NCBI GenBank assembly: GCA_963676565.1
Contig: OY781089.1
Coordinates: forward strand, 1,728,001-1,792,000
Length of the DNA: 64,000 nt
Source of the DNA: Halarcobacter sp.
GTDB taxonomy: Bacteria; Campylobacterota; Campylobacteria; Campylobacterales; Arcobacteraceae
Direction: 5' to 3'
Under the pieces are notes generated by a model that was not told where the DNA came from, did not search any database, and saw only the letters and a list, made by a program, of their open reading frames with translations. Positions 9,352 through 18,960 of the stretch are shown piece by piece; position 1 is the stretch's first letter, and every line of letters starts with the position of its first letter. The position numbers were made by a program, and so were the translations under genes.

Positions 9352-9708
9352 TTAAATTTTTTGAAGAAGTTGTTTTTCTTTTTTTGTCAGTTTTGAAACA
9401 ACAAGATCGTAAGACTCGTTAATCATGCTGACAAGAACATCATCATTCATACTTCCATCCATAGTAATGGTGTTCCAATGTTTTTTATTCATGTGGTAAC
9501 CCTCTTTGACACAATCATATAATTCTCGATATCCAATAGCATCTTCAGGAAGTGATTTAAGTGTTATTCTCATCGGTTTTTCCTGCCACCCTATTAAAGC
9601 AAACATTTTGTTCATCACTTTAAATACCATGGCGTCTTCTCCAAAAGGGAACTCTTTGACTGCGCCTGCTTTTGACAAAAGGAGATTTTCTAATTTTTTT
9701 AATTCCAT
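9352..9708 (-). CDS. MmcQ/YjbR-family DNA-binding protein
   Basis: FPFG..VFKV..KMFA, GYHMNKKHWNTI and SYDLV motifs. Confidence 0.93.
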   Translation of the reverse strand: MELKKLENLLLSKAGAVKEFPFGEDAMVFKVMNKMFALIGWQEKPMRITLKSLPEDAIGYRELYDCVKEGYHMNKKHWNTITMDGSMNDDVLVSMINESYDLVVSKLTKKEKQLLQKI

Positions 9709-9717
9709 ATCAACTGC

Positions 9718-10113
9718 TTATTTAAAGTATTGTTTGAACTCTTCAGAAGGTTCTTTGTTTGAATAGATATAAAGCATAATACCGTTGGGGTCTAAAATGG
9801 CAAAGCCTCTATCTCCCCATGGATGATCTCCAAGAGGCATCACGGCTACATTCCCAAGCTGAGTTAATCTCCCATATTCTGCATCCACATCATCTACTTC
9901 AAAGTTATATGTGAGACCATTACCATTAAATACAGCTTGTTCAGGTTTTTGTGGTGTCATAAATTGTAATGTCGCCTTGTCGTTTCCAAATTCCATGTTT
10001 AAGTACCATCCGCAGTCAAATGTGATTTTTGCGTCAAAATTTTTTGTATAGAAGGTTCTGCTCTCGTCCACTTTTTCTGTAACGATGCAAGCAGAAAGGT
10101 TATTTACTTTCAT
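9718..10113 (-). CDS. VOC/glyoxalase family protein
   Basis: FEVDDVDAEY and PWGDRGFAILDPNG motifs. Confidence 0.92.
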   Translation of the reverse strand: MKVNNLSACIVTEKVDESRTFYTKNFDAKITFDCGWYLNMEFGNDKATLQFMTPQKPEQAVFNGNGLTYNFEVDDVDAEYGRLTQLGNVAVMPLGDHPWGDRGFAILDPNGIMLYIYSNKEPSEEFKQYFK

Positions 10114-10334
10114 CTTTTTCCACTTGTAATAACTATTTATTAATAATACATTCTATATAAAATAGCCTTAAACAGGTGATGATTTATAACATAATTAATA
10201 ATTTTTTGCTTTGTTGTTTAATTGTTAGAAAAAAGTATTAAATGTATATTTGATATGTTTAGTTTTAAGAAATCACAATTATGGTATACTCTCAACCATA
10301 TTATATTTAGTTAGTATATGGAGTTATACTATAT

Positions 10335-11300
10335 ATGTTAAATTCATTAATTGATAAAGAATTTCAAAAAATTATTTTAAATAATACTGCTATGTGGTTA
10401 AATATGCTTGATAATGATGCCAATGTACTCATGTGGAATAAAGCAGCAGAAAGAATAAGTGGTTACACTAAAGAAGAAGTCCTTGGCAATAGCAATATAT
10501 GGGAACTACTTTATCCAGATGTAGAATATCGCACTTCAATTCACAATAAAGCACTTGAAATTATCAATAAGGGAGAAGAAATTATAGATTTTGAAACAAC
10601 TATAATTTCTAAAGATGGTACTAAAAAAATCTTATCTTGGAACACACATAATATGAAAAATGAAGATAATAATATTATTGGTTCTATTGCGATAGCAAGA
10701 GATGTTACAAAAATTAGAGCTAATGAAAAATCCCTTCAATTATTGACATTTGAATTAGAAGAATCAAATAAAAAACTACTTGAATTAAGTTATGTTGATC
10801 AATTAACAAATATACCAAATAGAAGAGCATATGACGAAAGACTTGCCTCGGAGTTACAAGCCACTAAAAGATCAGGGATAGAGTTTTCTTTCTTATTAAT
10901 TGATATTGATAATTTTAAAGAATACAATGATATATATGGACATGTAAATGGTGATGTTGTTTTATTTAGAGTCACTAATCAAATAAAAAATCTATTATCA
11001 AGAAAAACTGATTTTGTTGCACGCTATGGTGGTGAAGAGATTGTAGTAATACTACCTTATACACCTCTAGAAAAAGCACAAATTGTTGCAAAAAAAATTC
11101 TTCAATCTACACTTGATTTAAATATTGAACATTCATATTCAAAGTTTAATCAAGTATTAACTGTTAGTATAGGTATTACTTCTACAAAAATTAGTATTGA
11201 AAATTTAATGGACAATGCAGATAAAGCACTTTATAAAGCCAAGAATTATGGCCGTAATAGGTTTGAAGTTTACTCTAATAACTCTTCTTCATCAAAATAG
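10335..11300 (+). CDS. PAS-GGDEF diguanylate cyclase
   Basis: PAS (WNKAAERISGY); DIDNFKEYND; I-site RKTD; active-site variant RYGGEEI. Confidence 0.92.
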   Translation: MLNSLIDKEFQKIILNNTAMWLNMLDNDANVLMWNKAAERISGYTKEEVLGNSNIWELLYPDVEYRTSIHNKALEIINKGEEIIDFETTIISKDGTKKILSWNTHNMKNEDNNIIGSIAIARDVTKIRANEKSLQLLTFELEESNKKLLELSYVDQLTNIPNRRAYDERLASELQATKRSGIEFSFLLIDIDNFKEYNDIYGHVNGDVVLFRVTNQIKNLLSRKTDFVARYGGEEIVVILPYTPLEKAQIVAKKILQSTLDLNIEHSYSKFNQVLTVSIGITSTKISIENLMDNADKALYKAKNYGRNRFEVYSNNSSSSK

Positions 11301-11334
11301 AGATTATTCTACCCTTCTTCACCTATTATATTCT

Positions 11335-12396
11335 TTATTTATATGATATTTTATTTTGACTTGCAAGTAAAGCTGAACATAGTTGATATAAAACCCTTGC
11401 TCCAACATTCTCGTCCCAGTCATTTTCACTACTTCCTACTTCACATAAGTCAAATCCTATTATATTTTTACCACTTTTTACAACCATAAAAATTAGATAT
11501 TCTAATTCAGAATATCTCAAACCACCAGGAACTGGTGTTCCAGTATTTGGACAGTTTAGAGGTTCTAATCCATCAATATCAATAGAAAGATATACATTTT
11601 TAGGAAGTTTTTCTATATAAGTAGAAAAAATCTCTTCTAAGGCTTTTCCTGAAGCTATTTGTGCTTGCATATTACTGTCATATAAACATGCACCTTTTTG
11701 TCCATAGTTTTTCATTCGTAAAGACTCTTCACTACTATAATCTCTTATTCCAACTTGAACAAGTTTGCTAACCTTTTCACACTCTTTCATAGTATTATAA
11801 AAAATAGATGCATGGGAATAAGTAAACCCTTCATATGCTTCTCTTAAATCATGGTGAGCATCAACATGTAAAATCCCAAACTCTTCAGTTTGAGTATCAT
11901 TTAATGCTTTTAAAAGACCTAAAGGTGAAGAGTGATCACCTCCTACAACACCTACAAATTTACCTTTTTTTAATTGTTTTAGTGATTTTTTATAAACAGA
12001 GTCATTTAGTATATTTGATGCTTTATTTACAAAATCTAATGCCTTTTGATCTGTTGAGTTACTTTCTAATGCTTCAATAACTTTAATAGCTTTTTTTCTT
12101 GCTTTATTGCTTAACTTTAAAAGTTTTTTATCTGTTTTAAGCATCGCAATGCCAGCAGTATAAGGCTTTTCATAATGGAAAGTTTCTAAATCAAGTTGAT
12201 GACTTGATATTTTAATTTTATCAGGAGCATTTGCTGTTCCTTCTCCAAATGAAACAGTTGCTTCCCATGGAACTGGTATTAAAACTAAACTTGCTTCATT
12301 TGGATCTAATTTTCCTCCAATAAAACCATCGTCTTCTTGAGGGGGAAGACCAAGTTCAAGTATTCTTATCTCTTCTTCTAAAGTTCTATATGACAT
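11335..12396 (-). CDS. speB: Agmatinase/ureohydrolase family
   Basis: GGDHS, DAHHD and SIDIDGL..TGTPVPGG motifs. Confidence 0.88.
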   Translation of the reverse strand: MSYRTLEEEIRILELGLPPQEDDGFIGGKLDPNEASLVLIPVPWEATVSFGEGTANAPDKIKISSHQLDLETFHYEKPYTAGIAMLKTDKKLLKLSNKARKKAIKVIEALESNSTDQKALDFVNKASNILNDSVYKKSLKQLKKGKFVGVVGGDHSSPLGLLKALNDTQTEEFGILHVDAHHDLREAYEGFTYSHASIFYNTMKECEKVSKLVQVGIRDYSSEESLRMKNYGQKGACLYDSNMQAQIASGKALEEIFSTYIEKLPKNVYLSIDIDGLEPLNCPNTGTPVPGGLRYSELEYLIFMVVKSGKNIIGFDLCEVGSSENDWDENVGARVLYQLCSALLASQNKISYK

Positions 12397-12489
12397 CAAT
12401 TTTCCTGAATTTAATAAAATTTCTTGAATTATAGAATAAATATCTGAATTGTATAGTTAATTTTTAATTTAATTTATATAAAATCTCAT

Positions 12490-13575
12490 ATGGCAGAACA
12501 ATTAAAGAATATTTATACCCAAAAGTATATATCAAACTTAGCTAATAAAATAAAAATAAACTATGATAATTTTGACAAAGAGAGTTTTATAAACTCTATT
12601 TTTAATAAATCATGGGATGAGCTTGAATTAAAAGCACGTATGAGACATATCGTAATTTGTTTAAATCAATATTTACCAATATCTTATGAAAATCAATTAG
12701 AGATTTTGAAAGAAACTTCAAAGGATTTTTCATCTTATGAAGCTATGTTTTTTCAAGATTTTGTTGAGGTTTATGGTTTAGATGATTTTGAAAATTCAAT
12801 AAAAGCATTGGAAGTTTTTACCATTGATTCAAGTAGTGAGTTTGCAATTAGACAATTTATTTTAAAATATGAAGATAAAACAATGGCTCAAATGAAAGTT
12901 TGGGCAAAAAGTAAAAATGAACATATTAGAAGATTATCCTGTGAAGGTTGCAGACCTAGACTTCCTTGGGCAATTGCTCTTCCTGAGTTTAAACAAAATC
13001 CTTCAAAAGTTTTAGAAATAATTGAACTCCTTAAACATGATAAATCAAAATATGTTCAAAAAAGTGTTGCTAATAATTTAAATGATATCTCAAAGGATAA
13101 TCCACATTTAGTAATAGATTTTGTAAGAAAAAATTTAGGAATTTCAAAAGAACTTGATTGGATTTGTAAACATGGAAGTAGAACATTATTAAAAAAATCA
13201 AATGAAGAGATTTTAGAATTGTTTAATTTGGGAAAATCAAATCATGTTAATATTACTAATTTTGATTATGATAAAGAGGTAAAGTTAAATGATAGTTTAA
13301 GTTTCTCTTTTGAACTAGTTTCACAAGAGGTTTTAGGACAGTTAAGAATAGAATATGAAATAGATTATTTAAAATCAAATGGAAGTCATAATAAAAAAAG
13401 ATTTATGGTTTCACAAAATTATATTAATAGTAAAACTAAAACTTTTTTTAAAAAACAACAATTTAAAAACTTAACTACTAGAAAACATTATTTGGGTAAA
13501 CACTATTTAACAATAATTATAAATGGAAAAGAGTTTATAAAAAAGGAATTTATATTAAATGACACCAGCAATTAA
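12490..13575 (+). CDS. DNA alkylation repair protein (AlkC-like HEAT-repeat glycosylase family)
   Basis: SSEFAIR, RRLSCEGCRPRLPW and YVQKSVANNLNDISK motifs. Confidence 0.88.
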   Translation: MAEQLKNIYTQKYISNLANKIKINYDNFDKESFINSIFNKSWDELELKARMRHIVICLNQYLPISYENQLEILKETSKDFSSYEAMFFQDFVEVYGLDDFENSIKALEVFTIDSSSEFAIRQFILKYEDKTMAQMKVWAKSKNEHIRRLSCEGCRPRLPWAIALPEFKQNPSKVLEIIELLKHDKSKYVQKSVANNLNDISKDNPHLVIDFVRKNLGISKELDWICKHGSRTLLKKSNEEILELFNLGKSNHVNITNFDYDKEVKLNDSLSFSFELVSQEVLGQLRIEYEIDYLKSNGSHNKKRFMVSQNYINSKTKTFFKKQQFKNLTTRKHYLGKHYLTIIINGKEFIKKEFILNDTSN

Positions 13576-14026
13576 TTTACTTAAAAAAAATAAAATAAAA
13601 TTTGAAATCCATAAATATGATCATGATCCTTTATGTACTGATTTTGGAAATGAAGCAGTTGAAAAACTTGGACTTGATAAAAATCAAGTTTTTAAAACAC
13701 TATTGGTTGAGTTAAGTCCAAAAGAGCTTGCAGTAGGGGTTGTACCAGTTTCTTCTATGTTAAGTTTAAAAGAAATAGCAATTGCTCTAAAGGCAAAAAA
13801 AGCAGTGATGGCAGATAAACAAGAAGCACAAAAAGTAACAGGATATCTATTAGGAGGTATCTCTCCTTTAGGTCAAAAGAAAAAACTAAAAACAGTGATT
13901 GATGAAAGTGCATTTAATTTTAAAACAATATTTATAAGTGGAGGGAAAAGAGGTTTAGATATAGAACTTGACCCAACTGATATAAAGAAATTATTAAATG
14001 CTGTTACTTATAACATATCCACTTAG
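13559..14026 (+). CDS. ybaK: Cys-tRNA(Pro) deacylase
   Basis: MTPAI, VFKTL, TGYLLGGISPLG and ISGGKRG motifs. Confidence 0.95.
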   Translation: MTPAINLLKKNKIKFEIHKYDHDPLCTDFGNEAVEKLGLDKNQVFKTLLVELSPKELAVGVVPVSSMLSLKEIAIALKAKKAVMADKQEAQKVTGYLLGGISPLGQKKKLKTVIDESAFNFKTIFISGGKRGLDIELDPTDIKKLLNAVTYNIST

Positions 14027-14115
14027 ATATAATTTATACAATTAATTATTTTTTTAACATTTTCTTAATATTTTAAGAGTACCATATCATAAGACTAGTT
14101 TACAAAGGATATAAT

Positions 14116-17100
14116 ATGGCTAAAAACTCTTCAGACTTGAATGCTATTTGTTCTCAGTTATTAACTCCAAAAGATTTAAAAATATCAGAACAGTTATTTA
14201 ACGAGGTTAAAGAAGAAACTATTGTAACTCAAATTGTTGATAATGATAATGGTGATTCTAAAAGTATAAAAATATATTCAACCTATCAATTGTTTTTATC
14301 CTCAATAACTCCAATCTTACATGATATTGGTTTCATGATTATTGATGAGGTTACTTATAATATTAGAAATGGTAAAGATTTAATTTATGTTTCTAGATTT
14401 AATCTTAATATCTCTTCCCCAGGCGATTTAAATAGAATCGAAAATGCTAAAGAGAATCTAGAAAAGATAATAGTAAGCTGTATAAAAGACAAATCATTAA
14501 AACATACAAAGGCATTTTCTCTTGTTTTAAATCAAAATTTTGATTTAAAAAAGATTTTTTTAGTAAATGCTTTTATTGAATATATTGATCAGTCTGTATT
14601 AACAATTAATAGTGCAACTATTTTAAAGACACTAATAAATCATCATACTATTACAAATTTGTTTGTGGATTATTTTACAACAAAATTTGATCCAAAAATA
14701 AAAGCTAAAAAACAAAAACTTGATAAGATAGAAGAAAGTATTGAAAACCTAGTAAAGGTTATTCCTCAAATTATTGATGATAGGATATTAAAATTAACAC
14801 TATCATTTTTACATTCACTTTTAAGAACAAACTATTTTTTAAATAAAGAAACAATTTCATTTAAAATTGATGCTAAAAAATTTGGTGAAAACCTAAAAGG
14901 CTTACAACCAAATTTCGAAAACTTTATTTATCATCCAGATTTTTATGGAGTTCATTTAAGAATGAGTAAAATTAGTAGAGGTGGGCTTAGATGGTCTGAT
15001 AGACATGATGATTATAGACAAGAAGTAAAATCTCTTATGATTACTCAAGAGGGTAAAAACTCAATTATTATTCCCGATGGTTCAAAAGGTGGTTTTGTAA
15101 TAAATAAAAACAACTCTTCAATTACAAAAGAGTATTTTCAAGAAATTTACTCAATGTATATAAATGCAAATCTTGATTTAGTTGATAATATGGTAAATGG
15201 AGAAGTTGTAAAAGATGCAAATATTGTTGCTTACGATGATGATGATCCATATTTTGTTGTTGCAGCTGATAAAGGAACTGCAGCGATGAGTGATGTAGCT
15301 AATAACATTGCAATTGAGAGGGGTTATTGGTTAGGTGATGCCTTTGCAAGTGGTGGATCAAATGGATATGGTCATAAAGATTTAGGTATCACTGCACGTG
15401 GTGCTTTAATGTCAACAAAAAGATTTTTTATTGAAGAGGGAATTGATATTTATAAAGACAGTATTACTGTTATGGGTATTGGTTCTATGAGTGGAGATGT
15501 TTTTGGTAATGGTATGATTGAATCTGACAAGTTTAAACTTCTTGCTGCAATTGGACACAAAGAGATATTTATTGACCCAAATCCAGATCCTAAAAAGAGT
15601 TTTGATGAAAGAAAAAGACTTTTTGAAGATAAAAATTCTGGATGGGGCTTCTATGATGAAAAAGCAATTTCAAAAGGTGGAGGAGTATTTTTAAGAAGTG
15701 AAAAAGAGATAAGTTTAACTCCTGAAATTCAAAAGTTAGTGAAAACCACAAGAAAAGTTGTAAGTGGTGAAGAGTTATGTAAAATGTTGCTTTGTATGGA
15801 AGTTGATATGTTCTTTAACGGTGGAGTTGGAACATATGTAAAAGCTAGCGATGAAAACTCAATTGATATTGGGGATAAACAAAACGAAGCAGTAAGAATA
15901 GATGCTACTGAAATGAAAGCGAGAGTTGTTTGTGAAGGTGGAAATCTAGGATTTACACAAAAAGCTAGAATTGAATATGCTTTAAATGGTGGTAGAATAA
16001 ATATTGATGGTATTGATAATGCAGGTGGTGTTGATACTTCAGACCATGAGGTTAATTTAAAAATCTTATTAAATACAATTAAAACTAGTGGAAATATTTG
16101 TGATGATGAGAGTAGAACTATGCTTCACTCATTAACAGATCAGGTTGTAAATTTAGTTTTACAAAGTAATTATAACCAATCATTAGCAATCTCTTCAGAT
16201 GAAAGATTTTCAAGAAGATATAGAAATGATTTTTTAAAGACAATTCACATTTTAGAAAATTATGTAGAGGCTTTTAGTAGAACATCATTTTTTATTCCAA
16301 AAGATGAAAATATTCATGAGGTAATTGATATTAATGGTTCAATTGTAAGACCTGTATTGTGTTCATTACTTTCTTATTCAAAAATCTTTATCAAGAAAAT
16401 ATTATTAGAATCAACTTTAGTAGATGAGCAGTTTGCCCTTGATTATTTAAATAGATATTTCCCTAAATCATTTGTTGGAATGTATGAACATGAGTTATTA
16501 AATCATCCATTAAAAAGGGAAATTATCGCTACAAAAATGGCAGATATTTTAATCAATTCTCAAGGGTGTACTTTTGTTAGTGATTATGAAAAACTTGGCA
16601 ATGAAAGATTTTTATTAAAAATAAAATCTTACTTAGTAGCAAAAAAACTATTTGGTACAAAAGAGATTAGAGAAAAAATATATTCTCAAGACTATATAAT
16701 GGATATAGAAGAACAATATAGATTATTATCAAAACTTGAGTATACCTTGTATGTAAGTACAAGATGGATGGTTAAATATCTAAAGAAAAATCAATTAGAT
16801 GCTACACATATTTTAGATCACAGAGAAGAACTTTTTAATCACTTATCAGAAGTTCATGAGGGTGGGTTAAAAGAATACATAAAAGATGATGTAGAATTTA
16901 ATCAGTTCTTTAGTGTTATTGATTATTTAAGATTTGCAGTCCCTGCAATTGTAATTAAAACAAATACAAGTCATACATTTAAAGATGTATTAGTATTATT
17001 CTATTTATTAATTCATGAGTTTAATATTCTAGATATTTTAACGGCATTAAATAAAATAGAATTAAAATCAAGAAATGATATGGTACTAAGAGGTCAAGTT

Positions 17101-17322
17101 TTACAATTTATAGAACATATTGTTGTTCACTATACAAGGAAAATATTAGATTTTAAAAGAGTAGATGAACAGCCAGAAGATGCTTTTAAAAGCTATGTTA
17201 AAAATGAACATGATGTTTTTTATAAAGTAAGAGATAATCTTGATACATTTATGACAAAAGATAACAAGGATATAAAAGAGATAGCAGTAACAGTAAATCA
17301 AATAATGGTTTCTTCACTATAA
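14116..17322 (+). CDS. gdhB: Large-subunit-type NAD-specific glutamate dehydrogenase (shortened N-terminus)
   Basis: RGGLRWSDR, GSKGGF, YFVVAADKGTA, DAFASGGS, EGGNLG and SDHEVNLKI motifs. Confidence 0.9.
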   Translation: MAKNSSDLNAICSQLLTPKDLKISEQLFNEVKEETIVTQIVDNDNGDSKSIKIYSTYQLFLSSITPILHDIGFMIIDEVTYNIRNGKDLIYVSRFNLNISSPGDLNRIENAKENLEKIIVSCIKDKSLKHTKAFSLVLNQNFDLKKIFLVNAFIEYIDQSVLTINSATILKTLINHHTITNLFVDYFTTKFDPKIKAKKQKLDKIEESIENLVKVIPQIIDDRILKLTLSFLHSLLRTNYFLNKETISFKIDAKKFGENLKGLQPNFENFIYHPDFYGVHLRMSKISRGGLRWSDRHDDYRQEVKSLMITQEGKNSIIIPDGSKGGFVINKNNSSITKEYFQEIYSMYINANLDLVDNMVNGEVVKDANIVAYDDDDPYFVVAADKGTAAMSDVANNIAIERGYWLGDAFASGGSNGYGHKDLGITARGALMSTKRFFIEEGIDIYKDSITVMGIGSMSGDVFGNGMIESDKFKLLAAIGHKEIFIDPNPDPKKSFDERKRLFEDKNSGWGFYDEKAISKGGGVFLRSEKEISLTPEIQKLVKTTRKVVSGEELCKMLLCMEVDMFFNGGVGTYVKASDENSIDIGDKQNEAVRIDATEMKARVVCEGGNLGFTQKARIEYALNGGRINIDGIDNAGGVDTSDHEVNLKILLNTIKTSGNICDDESRTMLHSLTDQVVNLVLQSNYNQSLAISSDERFSRRYRNDFLKTIHILENYVEAFSRTSFFIPKDENIHEVIDINGSIVRPVLCSLLSYSKIFIKKILLESTLVDEQFALDYLNRYFPKSFVGMYEHELLNHPLKREIIATKMADILINSQGCTFVSDYEKLGNERFLLKIKSYLVAKKLFGTKEIREKIYSQDYIMDIEEQYRLLSKLEYTLYVSTRWMVKYLKKNQLDATHILDHREELFNHLSEVHEGGLKEYIKDDVEFNQFFSVIDYLRFAVPAIVIKTNTSHTFKDVLVLFYLLIHEFNILDILTALNKIELKSRNDMVLRGQVLQFIEHIVVHYTRKILDFKRVDEQPEDAFKSYVKNEHDVFYKVRDNLDTFMTKDNKDIKEIAVTVNQIMVSSL

Positions 17323-17436
17323 GAATTTTTTATTATTCTATAATAAATTAAACTAATATTAAAAAATAGTATAACTTGAACTTATGACATTTATTTTAAG
17401 TTCTAATGTGTTATTGTTCAAAAAAAGGAGTTAGTC

Positions 17437-17646
17437 ATGAAAAGTAATATGGACGATGAATTAAGCCTTGATAAAATTGATGATTATAACGGTAATGAGT
17501 CAAAAGAAAAAAGAAATACTGTAAGACTTGTAGTTATTGGTATTTTACTAGTTGGAGCAGTTTTTGCATATTTGAGATACAACAGTAGTTTTGACGATTA
17601 TGTGGGGACTGAAGAGGCTCCAGGAATTGTTACAAATAAAAAATAA
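17437..17646 (+). CDS. Small single-TM hypothetical protein
   Basis: AAGGAG RBS; one hydrophobic segment LVVIGILLVGAVFAYL. Confidence 0.8.
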   Translation: MKSNMDDELSLDKIDDYNGNESKEKRNTVRLVVIGILLVGAVFAYLRYNSSFDDYVGTEEAPGIVTNKK

Positions 17647-17657
17647 AAGGATTAAGA

Positions 17658-18941
17658 GTGTCAGAATTCTATGATTATTTTAAATATCATATGAATACTA
17701 AACACTCTTACTTCTCTATTAGAAACAATCCAAATAGACTTGATTGGAATAACCAACCAAGTGTATTTAAATCTTACCCTAATACTTACAAAAAAATCCC
17801 TTTAGATACAAAAAAAGACAATCATGAATTTATTTATTTAATTGCAGGAATAAACGCAAAAAAAACTTATCCTGGAGTTGAATACTATTTAAGAATAAAT
17901 CCAAGTGCAGGGGCTTTATATCCAAATGAAATTTATTTTCAAAGTAGAGGAAATAAAGAACTTGAAGATGGAATTTATCATTTTGATATTAAAAGTTCAA
18001 GCATTACCTTTCTGAAAAAAATCGATGATAGTGGACTTGAGCCATATTTTGATTTAGATACAAAACAAGAAGGTTTTATTTTTTTAATTTCTTCAGTTTA
18101 TTATAGAAGTTCTTGGAAATATAAAAATAGAGCTTTTAGATACTGTTTACTTGATGCCGGACATGTTCTAGGCTCAATTGAAGCTTCCGCTTATTTACAT
18201 AATAAAAACTTCAAAATTGTAAATGATTTTGATAAAAAGCAAATGAATGAACTTTTTAATTTTGATGAAAAAGAATTTTTTACGTCAGCAGTTTTTTTGA
18301 CAAAAAATACAAATGAAAATGTTAAAAAAGTGAATCTTGAGTTAGAAAATATTGATGGAACTTTAGTATTTGAAAAAAATGAGATGATTGAAACTGCTTA
18401 TTGTGATTCTTTAAAAATAGAAAATAAAAAACCACAATTGCAAGAGGCCAACTTTAGTTTTAAAAAAAGCTATTTTAAAGAAGTGATATTAAAAAGAAGA
18501 TCAATAAGAGAATTTAATCAAGAAAGTATCACAAAATTAGAATTTGACTCTATAATGGGAAATTTGAATAAAGTAGTTAGTTCAGATTGTGATGAAGATA
18601 TTGATATTTACTATGTCATTAATAGAGTTCAAAGTATGAAATTAGGACTTATGAAAAATGGTGAATATATAAAAGAGGGTGATTTTTTATCAAAAGCAGG
18701 CTATTTATGTTTAGAACAAAAATTAGGTAGTCAATCAGCAGTAACATTTTTCTTCTGCTCAAAATCAAAAAATTATCAAGCAATGTATCAAAAGGCTGGT
18801 TTATTAGGACATAGGCTTTATTTAGCTTCAAACTATTTAGGGATTGGATGTTCTGGTATTGGAGCTTATTATGATGATGAAGTTTGTGAATTTATTGGTG
18901 ATTATACGCAGGTTTTATATGCCTTTGCAATTGGCAAATAA
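17658..18941 (+). CDS. SagB/ThcOx-type nitroreductase-fold oxidoreductase (two domains)
   Basis: LRINPSAGALYP, WKYKNRAFRYCLLDAGH, RRSIR and GCSGIGAYYD motifs. Confidence 0.88.
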   Translation: MSEFYDYFKYHMNTKHSYFSIRNNPNRLDWNNQPSVFKSYPNTYKKIPLDTKKDNHEFIYLIAGINAKKTYPGVEYYLRINPSAGALYPNEIYFQSRGNKELEDGIYHFDIKSSSITFLKKIDDSGLEPYFDLDTKQEGFIFLISSVYYRSSWKYKNRAFRYCLLDAGHVLGSIEASAYLHNKNFKIVNDFDKKQMNELFNFDEKEFFTSAVFLTKNTNENVKKVNLELENIDGTLVFEKNEMIETAYCDSLKIENKKPQLQEANFSFKKSYFKEVILKRRSIREFNQESITKLEFDSIMGNLNKVVSSDCDEDIDIYYVINRVQSMKLGLMKNGEYIKEGDFLSKAGYLCLEQKLGSQSAVTFFFCSKSKNYQAMYQKAGLLGHRLYLASNYLGIGCSGIGAYYDDEVCEFIGDYTQVLYAFAIGK

Positions 18942-18960
18942 GAGGGGAATCCTCTTATTT
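18936..18960. terminator. Bidirectional terminator hairpin between convergent genes
   Basis: AAATAAGAGG-GGAAT-CCTCTTATTT. Confidence 0.75.

Noticed and set aside
9279..10334. Integron-like cassette array around the MmcQ and VOC genes
   Set aside because: No attC-type inverted repeats, only 9 bp between the genes, and no integrase
17378..17406. ECF sigma promoter GAACTT...TCTAA
   Set aside because: The spacer is 18 bp rather than about 16, so it is better explained as an inverted repeat
17437..18941. Small ORF plus SagB-like dehydrogenase as a RiPP cluster
   Set aside because: No YcaO or cyclodehydratase, peptidase or exporter; the small ORF is a TM protein with no Cys/Ser-rich core
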